A stretch of 64,000 nt of DNA from Nevskia sp. (GCA_030694365.1 JAUXYM010000083.1:1901-65900), one strand, 5' to 3'; shown: positions 9,126-22,069, counted from the stretch's first letter. Translations and numbers: made by a program. Notes: generated from the letters alone by a model not told the origin.

Positions 9126-11015
9126 TCAGTCGATGATGATCCGGCTCGCTTCTGCCGCCGGCTTGGCGTTCGACAGGATCAGTGTATTGAGCCGGCGCAC
9201 GAAGGCCGCCGGATCCTCGAGCTGGCCGCCTTCGGCGAGCACGCTCTGGTCGTACAGGATCGCCGCCAGGTCATCGAACTCGCCATCGGCAGCGGCTTTC
9301 AGACGCTCGACCAGCGGATGCTCGGCGTTGATTTCCAGCACCGGCGGCATGGCGGGTGCTGCCTGCCCGGCCTGCTTGAGAATCTTCTCGAGACGACGGC
9401 TGTAGCCGAAATCCGGTGCCACCAGACAGGCCGGCGATTCGACTAGCCGTGACGACAGCCTGGCACTTTCGATCTTCACGCCCAGCGATTTGCCGAGCCG
9501 CTCCAGCAGCGGCGCGAACTCGGTCTCGGTCTTTTCCTTCTCCGGCGTGCTGAGGTCCGACGCCAGATCGGCGCCACCGACGGCGCAGGATTCCAGCGGC
9601 TTGCCGTCGAACTCGTTGAGGTGCATGACCACCCATTCGTCGATGCGGTCGGACAGCAGCAGCACTTCCCAAGCCTTCTTGCGGAAACCTTCGACATGCG
9701 GCACGGCGCGCGCAGCGGCGGGCGTGTCACCAGTCACGTAATAGATTTTGGTCTGGCCTTCCGGCATCCGGGCGACGTAATCGGCCAGCGACACCTTGGC
9801 ACCATCGGTCGCGGTGGTGGAATCGAAGCGACACAGCTTGGCGATCCGCTCGCGATTGACGTTGTCCTCGACCAGACCTTCCTTCAGCACGGCACCGAAG
9901 ACATCCCAGAACTTCGCGTAGTCGTCCGGCTTGTTCCTGGCCAGATCGTCGAGCAGGTCGAGCACCCGCTTGGTCAGCGCTGATTTCAGCTTCTCGACAT
10001 TGCGATTGCCCTGCAGCAGTTCGCGCGACACGTTGAGCGGCAGATCATCGGAATCGACCAGACCGCGGACGAAGCGCAGATAGGCCGGCAGCAGCTCGGC
10101 GCCGTGATCCATGATGAACACGCGCTTCACGTACAGCTGTAAACCGCGCGCCTTGTCGCGATCCCAGAGATCGAAGGGTGCGGTGCCCGGAATGTAGAGC
10201 AGCGAGATGTAGCTGAGATTGCCTTCGACTCTCTGATGCGCCCAGCTCAGCGGCTTGCCCGGATCGAAGGACAGGGCGCTGTAGAAGCTGTGGTAGTCCT
10301 CGTCGCTCAGCTCGGATTTCGGACGCGTCCACAGGGCTGCGGCCTTGTTCAGCGTTTCGACCTCGCCGTCATCGACCTTCAGCCGCACCGGCAGGCCGAT
10401 GTGGTCGGAGTACTTGCGCACCAGATGGCCGATGCGGCCGGCTTCGAGAAACTCCCTCTCGTCGTCACGCAGATGCAGCGTGATATCGGTGCCGCGCTCG
10501 TTCTTGATGACCGGTTCCAGCGAATAGCTGCCTTCGCCGGTCGATTCCCAGACATGTGCTGCGGTCTCGCCGGCCCGGCGCGAAGTGACCGTGACCATGT
10601 CGGCAACGATGAACGCCGAGTAGAAGCCGACGCCGAACTGGCCGATCAGCTGGGCGTCCTTCTTGCCGTCGGCGGACAGCTGCTCCATGAACGCCTTGGT
10701 GCCGGAGCGGGCAATGGTGCCGAGGTTGTCGACCAGATCCTCGCGGCTCATGCCGACGCCGTTGTCGCGCACGGTCAAGGTGCCGGCGGCGCTGTCGACG
10801 ATCAGATCGACAGCCAGCGCGGTGTCCTCGCCGAACAGCGCTGGATCCTGGATCGCCAGGAAGCGCAGCTTGTCGGCAGCGTCGGAGGCGTTCGAGATCA
10901 GCTCGCGCAGGAAGATTTCCTTGTTCGAGTACAGCGAGTGGATCATCAGCTTCAGCAGCTGGCGGGTCTCGGTCTGGAATTCGAATTGCTGCGGGGCGAC
11001 GGTATCGGTGGTCAT
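9126..11015 (-). CDS. htpG: Hsp90 chaperone HtpG
   Basis: YSNKEIFLRELISNASDA, IGQFGVGFYSAF, LPLNVSRE. Confidence 0.98.
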   Translation of the reverse strand: MTTDTVAPQQFEFQTETRQLLKLMIHSLYSNKEIFLRELISNASDAADKLRFLAIQDPALFGEDTALAVDLIVDSAAGTLTVRDNGVGMSREDLVDNLGTIARSGTKAFMEQLSADGKKDAQLIGQFGVGFYSAFIVADMVTVTSRRAGETAAHVWESTGEGSYSLEPVIKNERGTDITLHLRDDEREFLEAGRIGHLVRKYSDHIGLPVRLKVDDGEVETLNKAAALWTRPKSELSDEDYHSFYSALSFDPGKPLSWAHQRVEGNLSYISLLYIPGTAPFDLWDRDKARGLQLYVKRVFIMDHGAELLPAYLRFVRGLVDSDDLPLNVSRELLQGNRNVEKLKSALTKRVLDLLDDLARNKPDDYAKFWDVFGAVLKEGLVEDNVNRERIAKLCRFDSTTATDGAKVSLADYVARMPEGQTKIYYVTGDTPAAARAVPHVEGFRKKAWEVLLLSDRIDEWVVMHLNEFDGKPLESCAVGGADLASDLSTPEKEKTETEFAPLLERLGKSLGVKIESARLSSRLVESPACLVAPDFGYSRRLEKILKQAGQAAPAMPPVLEINAEHPLVERLKAAADGEFDDLAAILYDQSVLAEGGQLEDPAAFVRRLNTLILSNAKPAAEASRIIID

Positions 11016-11050
11016 GGAGCGCTCTCGGTGATGTTGGCCAACCCCGCCTT

Positions 11051-11078
11051 GTTGGGTTCATCCGCTGCCGCTTTCAAG
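11051..11078 (-). promoter_or_regulatory. Putative sigma-32 promoter of htpG
   Basis: Minus strand CTTGAAA-N14-ACCCAAC versus consensus CTTGAAA-N13/14-CCCCAT. Confidence 0.6.
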
Positions 11079-11120
11079 AGCCACCACATTTCAAACCAGC
11101 CGGGCTAGAAACCAACCATG

Positions 11121-11260
11121 CATTCCTTGCCCACTTCTCGGAGCATCCAAACCATCTGCTCGTCAGCGCAGAATGAATCGTGCCCGCTTCATGTGCTCCT
11201 GGCTCGTGGCGGGAGCCAGAATCTTAAGCAGCTACTGGTCCGTAATTCGACCAGCAGGCC
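11121..11260 (-). mobile_element. Degenerate left end and orfA start of an IS3-family element
   Basis: Minus strand ...GAGCCAGGAGCAC-ATG then MKRARF/frameshift/ADEQMVWMLREVGKE, resembling IS3 OrfA N-termini (MKxxRFTDEQMVxILREA). Confidence 0.6.
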
Positions 11261-11352
11261 GGCTACTATCGTGGTTCTACGGCGACGGTTCACAACGCCG
11301 AGTCGCGCCGCGAGACGCGGCGCTAACGGTTTGTTGTACGCGCGACACTCGC

Positions 11353-12634
<1,282 letters not shown>

Positions 12635-12649
12635 ATAAGTTGTTGGCCT

Positions 12650-14800
<2,151 letters not shown>

Positions 14801-15012
14801 GGGGCGTGAGTCCTCGTGGGGGTTGTACGGAAGCTACGGCTGGGACCGGGTCAAACAGGCCATTCGGTACCGTATGGAACGCTAATTATACGCGTCTTGT
14901 CCGGCTGGATTGCCATCGCCGCCGAGGCACGGCGGCAGACTGCGTTCCGGCGTTGGCGGCGCGGCCGGTGCGGCCAATGCCGAGCCCGGCAATGTCCTTG
15001 CAACTACTTGTT

Positions 15013-15042
15013 TTGACGCTGTTGTCAACGCCAACCTAGAAT
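15013..15042 (+). promoter_or_regulatory. Putative sigma-70 promoter with overlapping palindrome
   Basis: TTGACG-N18-TAGAAT; TTGAC-N6-GTCAA inverted repeat covers the -35. Confidence 0.45.
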
Positions 15043-15075
15043 CCCCCATCGTCCACCGCACCGAGGTAACGCGAC

Positions 15076-15939
15076 ATGGCTGACAAGAAGACTTTCACCA
15101 AGCCCATCAGCGATCTGTTGGAGATCGTCCGGCAATCGCTGGACACGCTCGGCAACGCCAACCAGATCGTTTACGGTGGCGTGCAGAAGCTGGCCGATGC
15201 CGAACTGAAGGCGCTGAACGACTATTACAAGGCCGCCGTCGCGTCGCTGAAGAAGGCGCAGGGCGACAAGAACATCAAGTCCGCCGCCCAGAAGCAGGCC
15301 ACCCTGTTGCAGGATGCGGTGACCAAGCTGATCGACAACGCCCGCGCGTCGCTGGTCGTGGTCTCCGATGCCCGCGCCGAACTCGCGAAGCTGGTCAAGG
15401 GTGGCAAGGGCGGCGCGCCGCTATCGATCGCCCGTCTCGAAAAAGCGATAAAGCCAGCGCAGAAAGCGCTCGCCAAGATCAAGGCCGATGCCCAGAAGGC
15501 TGGCAAGACTGCCAGCGCCACGGTCAAGAGCGCCAAGAAGGACATCAAGACCGAAGTCGCCAAGGTCGAGAAATCTCTGAAGGCCGACGTCAAAGCAGCC
15601 AAGAAGACCGTCAAGGCTGACGTCAAGGCGATCAAGAAGGTCGTCAAGGCAGTCGAGAATAATGTCATCAAGACTGCCAAGTCCGTCGAGAAGACCGTTG
15701 AAGACGCCGCCAAGGCGGGTGTTGCCGAAGCGAAGAAGATTGTCAGCCGCGCAGTGCCGACACCGTCACCGAATTCGCGCGCCAGCCGCGCGACCAGCGC
15801 TGCGAAGAAGGTGGTCACCAAAGTCACCGCAAGCGCGGAGAAGGCTGTCGATGCCGCCAAGGCCGGTGCCGAGTCAGCTTCGGCGAAAGTCAGTTCTGCG
15901 GTGAACTCGGCCGTCGATGCGGTCAAGTCGCAGGGTTGA
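15076..15939 (+). CDS. Phasin-like N-terminus with Lys/Ala/Val-rich low-complexity C-terminus
   Basis: GAGG RBS, own terminator, helical N-domain, repeats such as VKADVKAAKK. Confidence 0.6.
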   Translation: MADKKTFTKPISDLLEIVRQSLDTLGNANQIVYGGVQKLADAELKALNDYYKAAVASLKKAQGDKNIKSAAQKQATLLQDAVTKLIDNARASLVVVSDARAELAKLVKGGKGGAPLSIARLEKAIKPAQKALAKIKADAQKAGKTASATVKSAKKDIKTEVAKVEKSLKADVKAAKKTVKADVKAIKKVVKAVENNVIKTAKSVEKTVEDAAKAGVAEAKKIVSRAVPTPSPNSRASRATSAAKKVVTKVTASAEKAVDAAKAGAESASAKVSSAVNSAVDAVKSQG

Positions 15940-15987
15940 TCCGGAGCCAAGCCGCAGCTGATCGCGGCGTTCGGCTGCCCCTACGCC

Positions 15988-16019
15988 AAGCCTGCCGACA
16001 GGTCGTCGGCAGGCTTTTT
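15988..16019 (+). terminator. Intrinsic terminator
   Basis: AAGCCTGCCGAC-loop-GTCGGCAGGCTT plus T run. Confidence 0.8.
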
Positions 16020-16044
16020 CGTTGTTGTCGCTTGCTATCTCCGA

Positions 16045-16980
16045 ATGAAACTGAGCATCGCGCAAAGTACCGAACTGTGGCGTCTGCTCGCGGACGCCAG
16101 CAGGCTGCGCCTGCTGTTGCTGCTGGAGGCGCATCAGCTATCGGTTGCCGAGCTGACCGAAATTACCGGGTTGGCGCAAAGCCGCGTGTCGACCCACCTC
16201 GGGCGTTTGAAGCGAGCCGGTCTCGTTCAGGCTGGACGCAGTGGTGGCGGCGCGCTCTATTCCTTGAGTCCGGATCGCGGTCGCGCCTTCGAACTTTGGG
16301 CGGTGATGCGCGAGCGGCTCGAAGATCCACAAGCTCAACTCGATCGCGAACGCGCCAGCGAAGTAGTGCGCGTCCGCAAGCATGGTCAGACCTGGGCGGA
16401 ATCGGTCGCCGGACGCATGGAATTGCACTATTCGCCGGGCCGTACCTGGGAAGCGACGGCGCGGACCTTGATCGGCCTGCTCGATCTCGGCGACGTGCTC
16501 GATGTCGCCTCCGGCGACGGCGTGCTGGCCGAATTGATCGCCGAGCGCGCGCGCAGCGTGGCCTGTGCCGATATCAGCGCCAAGGTGCTGGGCGCGGCAC
16601 GACGCCGGCTCGGCGATCCGCGGAACGTCGCCTTCACCCAGGCCGACATGCGTCAGCTGCCGTATCGCGATGCCAGCTTCGATCATGTCTTCCTGATGCA
16701 TGCACTGACTTACGCGCGCAAGCCCGAAGCGGTGCTCGCCGAAGCCGCACGGTGCCTGCGCCCGGGAGGTCGTCTGGTCATCGCAACCTTGAGTGCCCAT
16801 CACCATGAGGCGGCGATGCAGGCATACGACCACGTCAATCTCGGGACAACTGCCGAGATGCTCGACAAATGGCTCAGCAAGGCGGGACTCGAGGTTGAAC
16901 TGTGCCGGATCACCTCACGCGATCCACGCCCTCCTTACTTTGAAGTGGTGAGCGCGCTGGCCCGACGCGCGGTGGCGTGA
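16045..16980 (+). CDS. ArsR HTH plus SAM-methyltransferase-fold regulator (SamR/SahR-like)
   Basis: LADASRLRLL..LSVAEL..QSRVSTHL HTH; HYSPGRTWEA; VLDVASGDG SAM motif. Confidence 0.85.
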   Translation: MKLSIAQSTELWRLLADASRLRLLLLLEAHQLSVAELTEITGLAQSRVSTHLGRLKRAGLVQAGRSGGGALYSLSPDRGRAFELWAVMRERLEDPQAQLDRERASEVVRVRKHGQTWAESVAGRMELHYSPGRTWEATARTLIGLLDLGDVLDVASGDGVLAELIAERARSVACADISAKVLGAARRRLGDPRNVAFTQADMRQLPYRDASFDHVFLMHALTYARKPEAVLAEAARCLRPGGRLVIATLSAHHHEAAMQAYDHVNLGTTAEMLDKWLSKAGLEVELCRITSRDPRPPYFEVVSALARRAVA

Positions 16981-17118
16981 ACGTCGGAATCGCGGCGCGG
17001 TAGCTGGATTTTCCGGCGGATCGTCACGAATGATTCACAGGGCGACTGCGTCTGGAATCGAGCCTCGCCAGTATCCGTCCATGCGTTCCACATTCAGCGA
17101 AACAATCTGGAGAGACCC

Positions 17119-17661
17119 ATGAAAAAAATCGTACTGACGTCCGCCTTGGCGCTGGTGTTTGCGTTGCCGGTGTTCGCTGCTGATCCGATCGTCGGCGGTG
17201 CGCCGATGCTGCCGACCAAGGACATCATCGACAACGCCGTCAATTCCAAGGACCACACCACGCTGGTAGCCGCCGTCAAGGCAGCCGGTCTGGTTGAAAC
17301 CCTGAAGAGCAAAGGCCCGTTCACGGTGTTCGCGCCGACCAACGCCGCCTTCGCCGCGCTGCCGGCCGGCACCGTCGACACCCTGCTGAAGCCGGAAAAC
17401 AAGTCAATGCTGACCGGCATCCTGACCTACCACGTGGTCTCCGGTAAGTACGACTCCGCCGCGATCGCCGACGCGATCAAGAAGGGCGGCGGCAAGCACA
17501 CCGCAACGACGGTTGCCGGCGGCAAGTTGGTCGCCACGATGGAAGGCAAGAATCTGATCCTGACCGACGAAAAGGGTGGCAAGTCCAAGGTCACCATCGC
17601 CGACGTGTATCAGTCCAACGGCGTGATTCACGTGGTCGACAAAGTGCTGCTGCCGAAGTAA
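17119..17661 (+). CDS. Secreted fasciclin (FAS1) domain protein
   Basis: Signal peptide; [27 protein letters not shown]. Confidence 0.95.
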   Translation: MKKIVLTSALALVFALPVFAADPIVGGAPMLPTKDIIDNAVNSKDHTTLVAAVKAAGLVETLKSKGPFTVFAPTNAAFAALPAGTVDTLLKPENKSMLTGILTYHVVSGKYDSAAIADAIKKGGGKHTATTVAGGKLVATMEGKNLILTDEKGGKSKVTIADVYQSNGVIHVVDKVLLPK

Positions 17662-17682
17662 TCCGGCAGCCGCTGCAAGCAG

Positions 17683-17710
17683 AACGGGCAGCCAGAAGGC
17701 TGCCCGTTTT
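17683..17710 (+). terminator. Intrinsic terminator between convergent fasciclin gene and dnaQ
   Basis: AACGGGCAGCC-agaa-GGCTGCCCGTT TT. Confidence 0.8.
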
Positions 17711-17736
17711 CCTTTGCATCGCCGATTCGCTCGGCG

Positions 17737-18474
17737 TCAGTCCGCAGGTGCCGACGCCGGAACCAAGTCTGCGTCCCACAATCGCTTGCCGCTCTTCTTG
17801 ACGATGTATTGCAGCCGCTCGACATGGGCCGCGAGTTCTTCTTCGCTGGCCCGGATCACCCGCAGCGGCCGGCTCAGATCAGCTGCAAACGCTGCAGCGG
17901 TTTCGGCGGCCGGAGCGTCCCGCGGGCCACCGACCGGTTCGCTGATCAGGCCCAGCGCTGCCTGACCGCCAGTCATCGCCAGATAGACCTCGGCCAGCAG
18001 CCGTGCATCAAGCAGCGCGCCGTGCAGTTCGCGATGCGAGTTGTCGATGCCGTAGCGCCTGCATAACGCGTCCAGACTGGCCTTCTGCCCCGGATGTAAT
18101 CGCTTCGCCATCCGCACGGTATCGGTCACCACACACAAGCCGGCGATCCGCTCCGGGCGACCGGCACGCTCGAACTCCTTGTCCATGAAGCCGACATCGA
18201 ACGCGGCGTTGTGGATGATCAGCTCGGCGCCGCGCAGGAATTCGATGACCTCATCGGCGACCTGATGAAAGCGCGGCTTGTCGGCAAGGAAGGCCGTGGT
18301 CAGCCCGTGGACCGCGAGCGCACCCGGGTCGCTGTCGCGGTCCGGATTCAGATACCAGCGCTGCTCCGCAGTGACCCGGCGATTGCTCAATTCGATGCAG
18401 CCGATCTCGATGATCCGGTGCTCACGCGCTTCGAGGCCGGTGGTTTCAGTGTCGAGCAGAATCTGACGGATCAT
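17737..18474 (-). CDS. dnaQ: DNA polymerase III epsilon subunit
   Basis: LDTETTGL, HNAAFD, HGALLDA, YLAMTGGQ. Confidence 0.97.
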   Translation of the reverse strand: MIRQILLDTETTGLEAREHRIIEIGCIELSNRRVTAEQRWYLNPDRDSDPGALAVHGLTTAFLADKPRFHQVADEVIEFLRGAELIIHNAAFDVGFMDKEFERAGRPERIAGLCVVTDTVRMAKRLHPGQKASLDALCRRYGIDNSHRELHGALLDARLLAEVYLAMTGGQAALGLISEPVGGPRDAPAAETAAAFAADLSRPLRVIRASEEELAAHVERLQYIVKKSGKRLWDADLVPASAPAD

Positions 18475-18699
18475 GGTTTTATCGAAATCAACTTAAAGAT
18501 CAAAAAAACGACATCGGCACACTGAACGGCTCGTCCAAATTCGTTACATTCATGGCCGGACGCCAGTACACTACTGCGGTTGACATCAGCCCAAGGCTAT
18601 AGAGCTGCTGCAACTTCGCCCGTCATGCTCAGGTTGGTCGCGATGACGCTGTCATCTAGCTGACCGTTTTCAAAAATCAACGAGATCGAGATCTGCCCA

Positions 18700-20775
18700 A
18701 TGCGCGATCGTAAACTTCATTTTAGAACCATCGGCAACTGGTTGATGGCGTTATCGCTGGCGACCCTCGTGTCCGCCTGCGGCGAGAACCAGACCGGCGA
18801 CGTAACGCCACCAACGGTGATCGCCACGTCGCCGATCAACACCCAGACCGGGGTGCCCGTGTCGACTGCCGCCGTGACGGCGACTTTCAGCGAAGCGATC
18901 AACCCGGCGACGATCAACGGCACCAGCTTCCTGCTGACAGCCGGCGAAGGCGGGGCCGTTGCTGGCACCGTCAGCTATTCCGGTGTCGTCGCGAGCTACG
19001 CGCTCGCCGCACCGCTCGCGCCAAACACGACGTATACCGCGACCATCACAACCGCAGTTCGCGATCTCGTCGACAACCCGCTGGCCAGCAATTTCGTCTG
19101 GACGTTCACCACCGGCGCGCTCGGAGACACGACGCCGCCGCAGGTCAATGCAGTCGATCCGATCGACGCCTCGACCAATGTGCCAAGCAACCGTCGGGTC
19201 GTGGCAACCTTCAGTGAAGCTATCGACCCCGCCTCTATCAGCGCTACCAGCTTCACGCTGACGGGTCCTGGTGTCACGCCGGTCGCGGGGACCGCCAGCG
19301 TCGCCGGCTCGGTGTTGACCTTCACGCCGGGCAACGGCACGACCACCGCCCAGCTGCAGAACAACACGACCTACACGGCCACACTGGCAGCGGACATCAC
19401 AGATCTTTCCGGCAATCCGCTGGGAACCGCGTTCACTTGGACTTTCACTACGGGTGTGATCGACGACACCACGTCGCCTACCATCGTGCTGACTGACCCC
19501 TTCGCTGGCGAGACCGGCACCGCCGTCAACGCTCAGGTTACGGTCACCTTCAGTGAGGTGATCAATGCGGCCACTCTGACAGCGACCAGCTTCACGGTCA
19601 CCGATCCCAGCAATACCGTCATCGCCGGCACAATTGCCTACTCTGGCAACTCGGCGACCTTCACTCCGAGCACCCCGCTGGCGGCACTCACGCTGTTCAC
19701 GGTGACCGTCACCAACGCGGTGACTGACCTCGCCGGCAATGCCCTGGTGGGTTCGATCATCATGAACCCCTACCAGTTCACGACCGGCTTCGCACCGGAC
19801 ATCATCCCGCCGTTCGTCAACCTGACCTCGCCTCCCGACAGCGCCACCGACGTCTGCATCAACTCGACGATCAACGCGCGGTTCAGCGAGACGATAGATG
19901 CCAACACGATCAGCGCCGCCAGCTTCATCGTGACGGCACCGGATGGCTCGCAGGTTCCGGGGGCAGTGACGTACAACGCCACCACCCGCGTGGCGACGTT
20001 CCGGCAGGCGGAAAATTTTCTCGCCGATACCATCTACACCGCAACGGTTACCAGCGCCGTGACCGACCGGGCTGGCAATGCGCTGGTGCTGGGCACGGCA
20101 GCCAACCCGTGGACGTTCCGGATCGGCCCGACGAATACCGTCTGCCAGCTTCCGGTACCGCTTCGCTCGCTAGTGAGCTTCGCGTTGGTAGCCGGCAATG
20201 GCGTCAACATCAACAACACCGCAGGGCCAACGACCGTCACCGGAGATATTGCATTGGCACCGGTGACCACTTGTCTGCTATGCACCGCCCCGGATCTCGT
20301 GCTGAACGGCACTATTTACGCCAACACGGACATCGCAACCCAGGCGAAAGTAGATCTTCAACTCGCCTTCGACGACGCTCGTGGCCGTCCTGTCGGCCCC
20401 GACACGCCTCTGCTGACTGGACAAGTCCTGACACCGGGTGTTTTCAGTTCGGCGACAACGATGTCCCTCGGTGCCGATTCCGTGCTGACACTTGATGCGC
20501 TGGGAGATAGCAACTCCGTTTGGGTATTCCAGGTCGGAACCGATCTGACTTTTGGAGCGCGTTCGCAGGTCGTGCTACTGAACGGTGCGACGGCCTCCAA
20601 CGTCTTCTGGGTCGTCAACGGCAGTATCGCGAGCGGCAGCAATGCCGTAACGGGCGGCACGTTGATCTCCAATAATTCGGTCAACCTCGGAAACGGGACG
20701 CAAATCTTTGGAAGGCTCATGTCGTTTGGCGATATAGCCGTACGTCGCGCAACGATCAGTACGACCGCGCCTTAA
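18700..20775 (+). CDS. Lipoprotein with four Ig-like (Big_5-type) repeats and C-terminal DUF3494 ice-binding-like domain
   Basis: Lipobox VSAC; repeats starting DVTPPTV, DTTPPQV, DTTSPTI, DIIPPFV each with ATFSEAI-like motif; C-terminal LTPGVF, LTLDALGDSNSVWVFQVG, ASNVFWVV, GRL. Confidence 0.85.
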   Translation: MRDRKLHFRTIGNWLMALSLATLVSACGENQTGDVTPPTVIATSPINTQTGVPVSTAAVTATFSEAINPATINGTSFLLTAGEGGAVAGTVSYSGVVASYALAAPLAPNTTYTATITTAVRDLVDNPLASNFVWTFTTGALGDTTPPQVNAVDPIDASTNVPSNRRVVATFSEAIDPASISATSFTLTGPGVTPVAGTASVAGSVLTFTPGNGTTTAQLQNNTTYTATLAADITDLSGNPLGTAFTWTFTTGVIDDTTSPTIVLTDPFAGETGTAVNAQVTVTFSEVINAATLTATSFTVTDPSNTVIAGTIAYSGNSATFTPSTPLAALTLFTVTVTNAVTDLAGNALVGSIIMNPYQFTTGFAPDIIPPFVNLTSPPDSATDVCINSTINARFSETIDANTISAASFIVTAPDGSQVPGAVTYNATTRVATFRQAENFLADTIYTATVTSAVTDRAGNALVLGTAANPWTFRIGPTNTVCQLPVPLRSLVSFALVAGNGVNINNTAGPTTVTGDIALAPVTTCLLCTAPDLVLNGTIYANTDIATQAKVDLQLAFDDARGRPVGPDTPLLTGQVLTPGVFSSATTMSLGADSVLTLDALGDSNSVWVFQVGTDLTFGARSQVVLLNGATASNVFWVVNGSIASGSNAVTGGTLISNNSVNLGNGTQIFGRLMSFGDIAVRRATISTTAP

Positions 20776-20814
20776 ACCCTCCGACGATCACGCCCAAAGA
20801 CATAGGGAATACTC

Positions 20815-22008
20815 ATGAACAAGAAAATGACCGTCGGCCTGCTTGGAGCCTCGTTGCTCGGGTTGGTGTCGAGTGCCGCTGCCCAGAATCGTGCCGAAGC
20901 CTGGACCCTGACGCCCTATGTGGGTGGCTACCTGTTCGACTCGAAGCAGGATCTCGAATCGGCCCCATTGTTTGGCATGCGCGCCGGCTACAACTTCACC
21001 GAGAACTGGGGTGCGGAACTGTTTGGCAGCTACACGCTGACAGAATCGGACCGCGACTCGGGACCGGAAGTGAATGTCGAGTCGGATGTGTTTCGGTTCG
21101 GCGGCAACCTGCTCTATCACTTCCAGCCGACCAAACAGCTGGTGCCGTTCCTGGCGGTCGGTGTCGGCCGCTACAACATCACCATTCCCGATCTCGATCG
21201 GCCGAAGACCAACAAGACGCTGGCCGAGTACGGCGGCGGCCTCAAGTACTTCGTCGGTCCGGACTTCGCGTTGCGCGCCGACATTCGCCACGTCCTCGGC
21301 TTCAGCCCGTCGATCGGCAACTTCGAGTACACCTTCGGAGTTTCCTGGGAACTCGGCGGTGTAAGGCCGGCGGCACCGATCAAGGAGGTCGCACCGATCC
21401 CGCAGATTTGCGAGACCTGTGCGCCACCCCCTCCTCGGGTCGACAGCGACGGAGATGGCGTCGAGGATGCGCTCGACAAATGTCCGAATACGCCGAAGGG
21501 CTACAGGGTCGACGCTACCGGTTGCGTGATCGAGCAGACCGTCGTGCTCAGAGCCGTCAACTTCGTTCTCGACGGTTATGAACTGACGACCCCGGCGAAG
21601 GCGACACTCGATGAGGTGGCAGCGGTCCTGGTCAGTCAGCCGGTGCTGTCGCTGCAGGTTGGCGGCCATACCGATTCCACTGGCTCGGATCAGTACAACC
21701 AGAAGCTGTCGCAGCGTCGTGCGGATTCCGTGCGCAGCTACCTGATCAGCAAGGGCGTCGACGCGTCCCGCGTGATCGCCAAGGGTTATGGCGAAAGCGA
21801 GCCGATCAGCAGCAATGGGTCTCCTGAAGGCCGGGCTGACAATCGTCGTGTCGAGTTCAAGCTGCTCGAAAAGCCTGCCTTCGTGAAGGTCTACAACGAG
21901 GAGTCGTCAAGAGCCTCAAAGGCCGCAGGCAACAAGGAGTCATCACGAGCCTCGAAGGCCGGCGCAACGAAGCCTAGCAAGAAGCCAGGCAAGAAGAAAA
22001 AGAAGTAG
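20815..22008 (+). CDS. OmpA/OprF-like outer membrane protein
   Basis: Signal peptide, beta-barrel, DSDGDGVEDALDKCPNTP TSP3-like linker, GHTDSTGSDQYNQKLSQRRA..NRRVE peptidoglycan-binding domain. Confidence 0.93.
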   Translation: MNKKMTVGLLGASLLGLVSSAAAQNRAEAWTLTPYVGGYLFDSKQDLESAPLFGMRAGYNFTENWGAELFGSYTLTESDRDSGPEVNVESDVFRFGGNLLYHFQPTKQLVPFLAVGVGRYNITIPDLDRPKTNKTLAEYGGGLKYFVGPDFALRADIRHVLGFSPSIGNFEYTFGVSWELGGVRPAAPIKEVAPIPQICETCAPPPPRVDSDGDGVEDALDKCPNTPKGYRVDATGCVIEQTVVLRAVNFVLDGYELTTPAKATLDEVAAVLVSQPVLSLQVGGHTDSTGSDQYNQKLSQRRADSVRSYLISKGVDASRVIAKGYGESEPISSNGSPEGRADNRRVEFKLLEKPAFVKVYNEESSRASKAAGNKESSRASKAGATKPSKKPGKKKKK

Positions 22009-22014
22009 TCGAGT

Positions 22015-22055
22015 GCGTTTCCTGGGTCGTGCCCTTGGCACGACCCAGGAAACGC
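22015..22055. terminator. Long perfect hairpin between convergent ompA and rnhA
   Basis: GCGTTTCCTGGGTCGTGCC-ctt-GGCACGACCCAGGAAACGC. Confidence 0.65.
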
Positions 22056-22069
22056 TTACCGACCTGCGC

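Noticed and set aside
14850-14880. Possible PsrA/FadR operator upstream of fadB
   Set aside because: Only a CAAAC half-site; no matching GTTTG
18580-18603. TTGACA...TATAGA upstream of the adhesin gene
   Set aside because: Spacer is only 12 bp, too short for sigma-70
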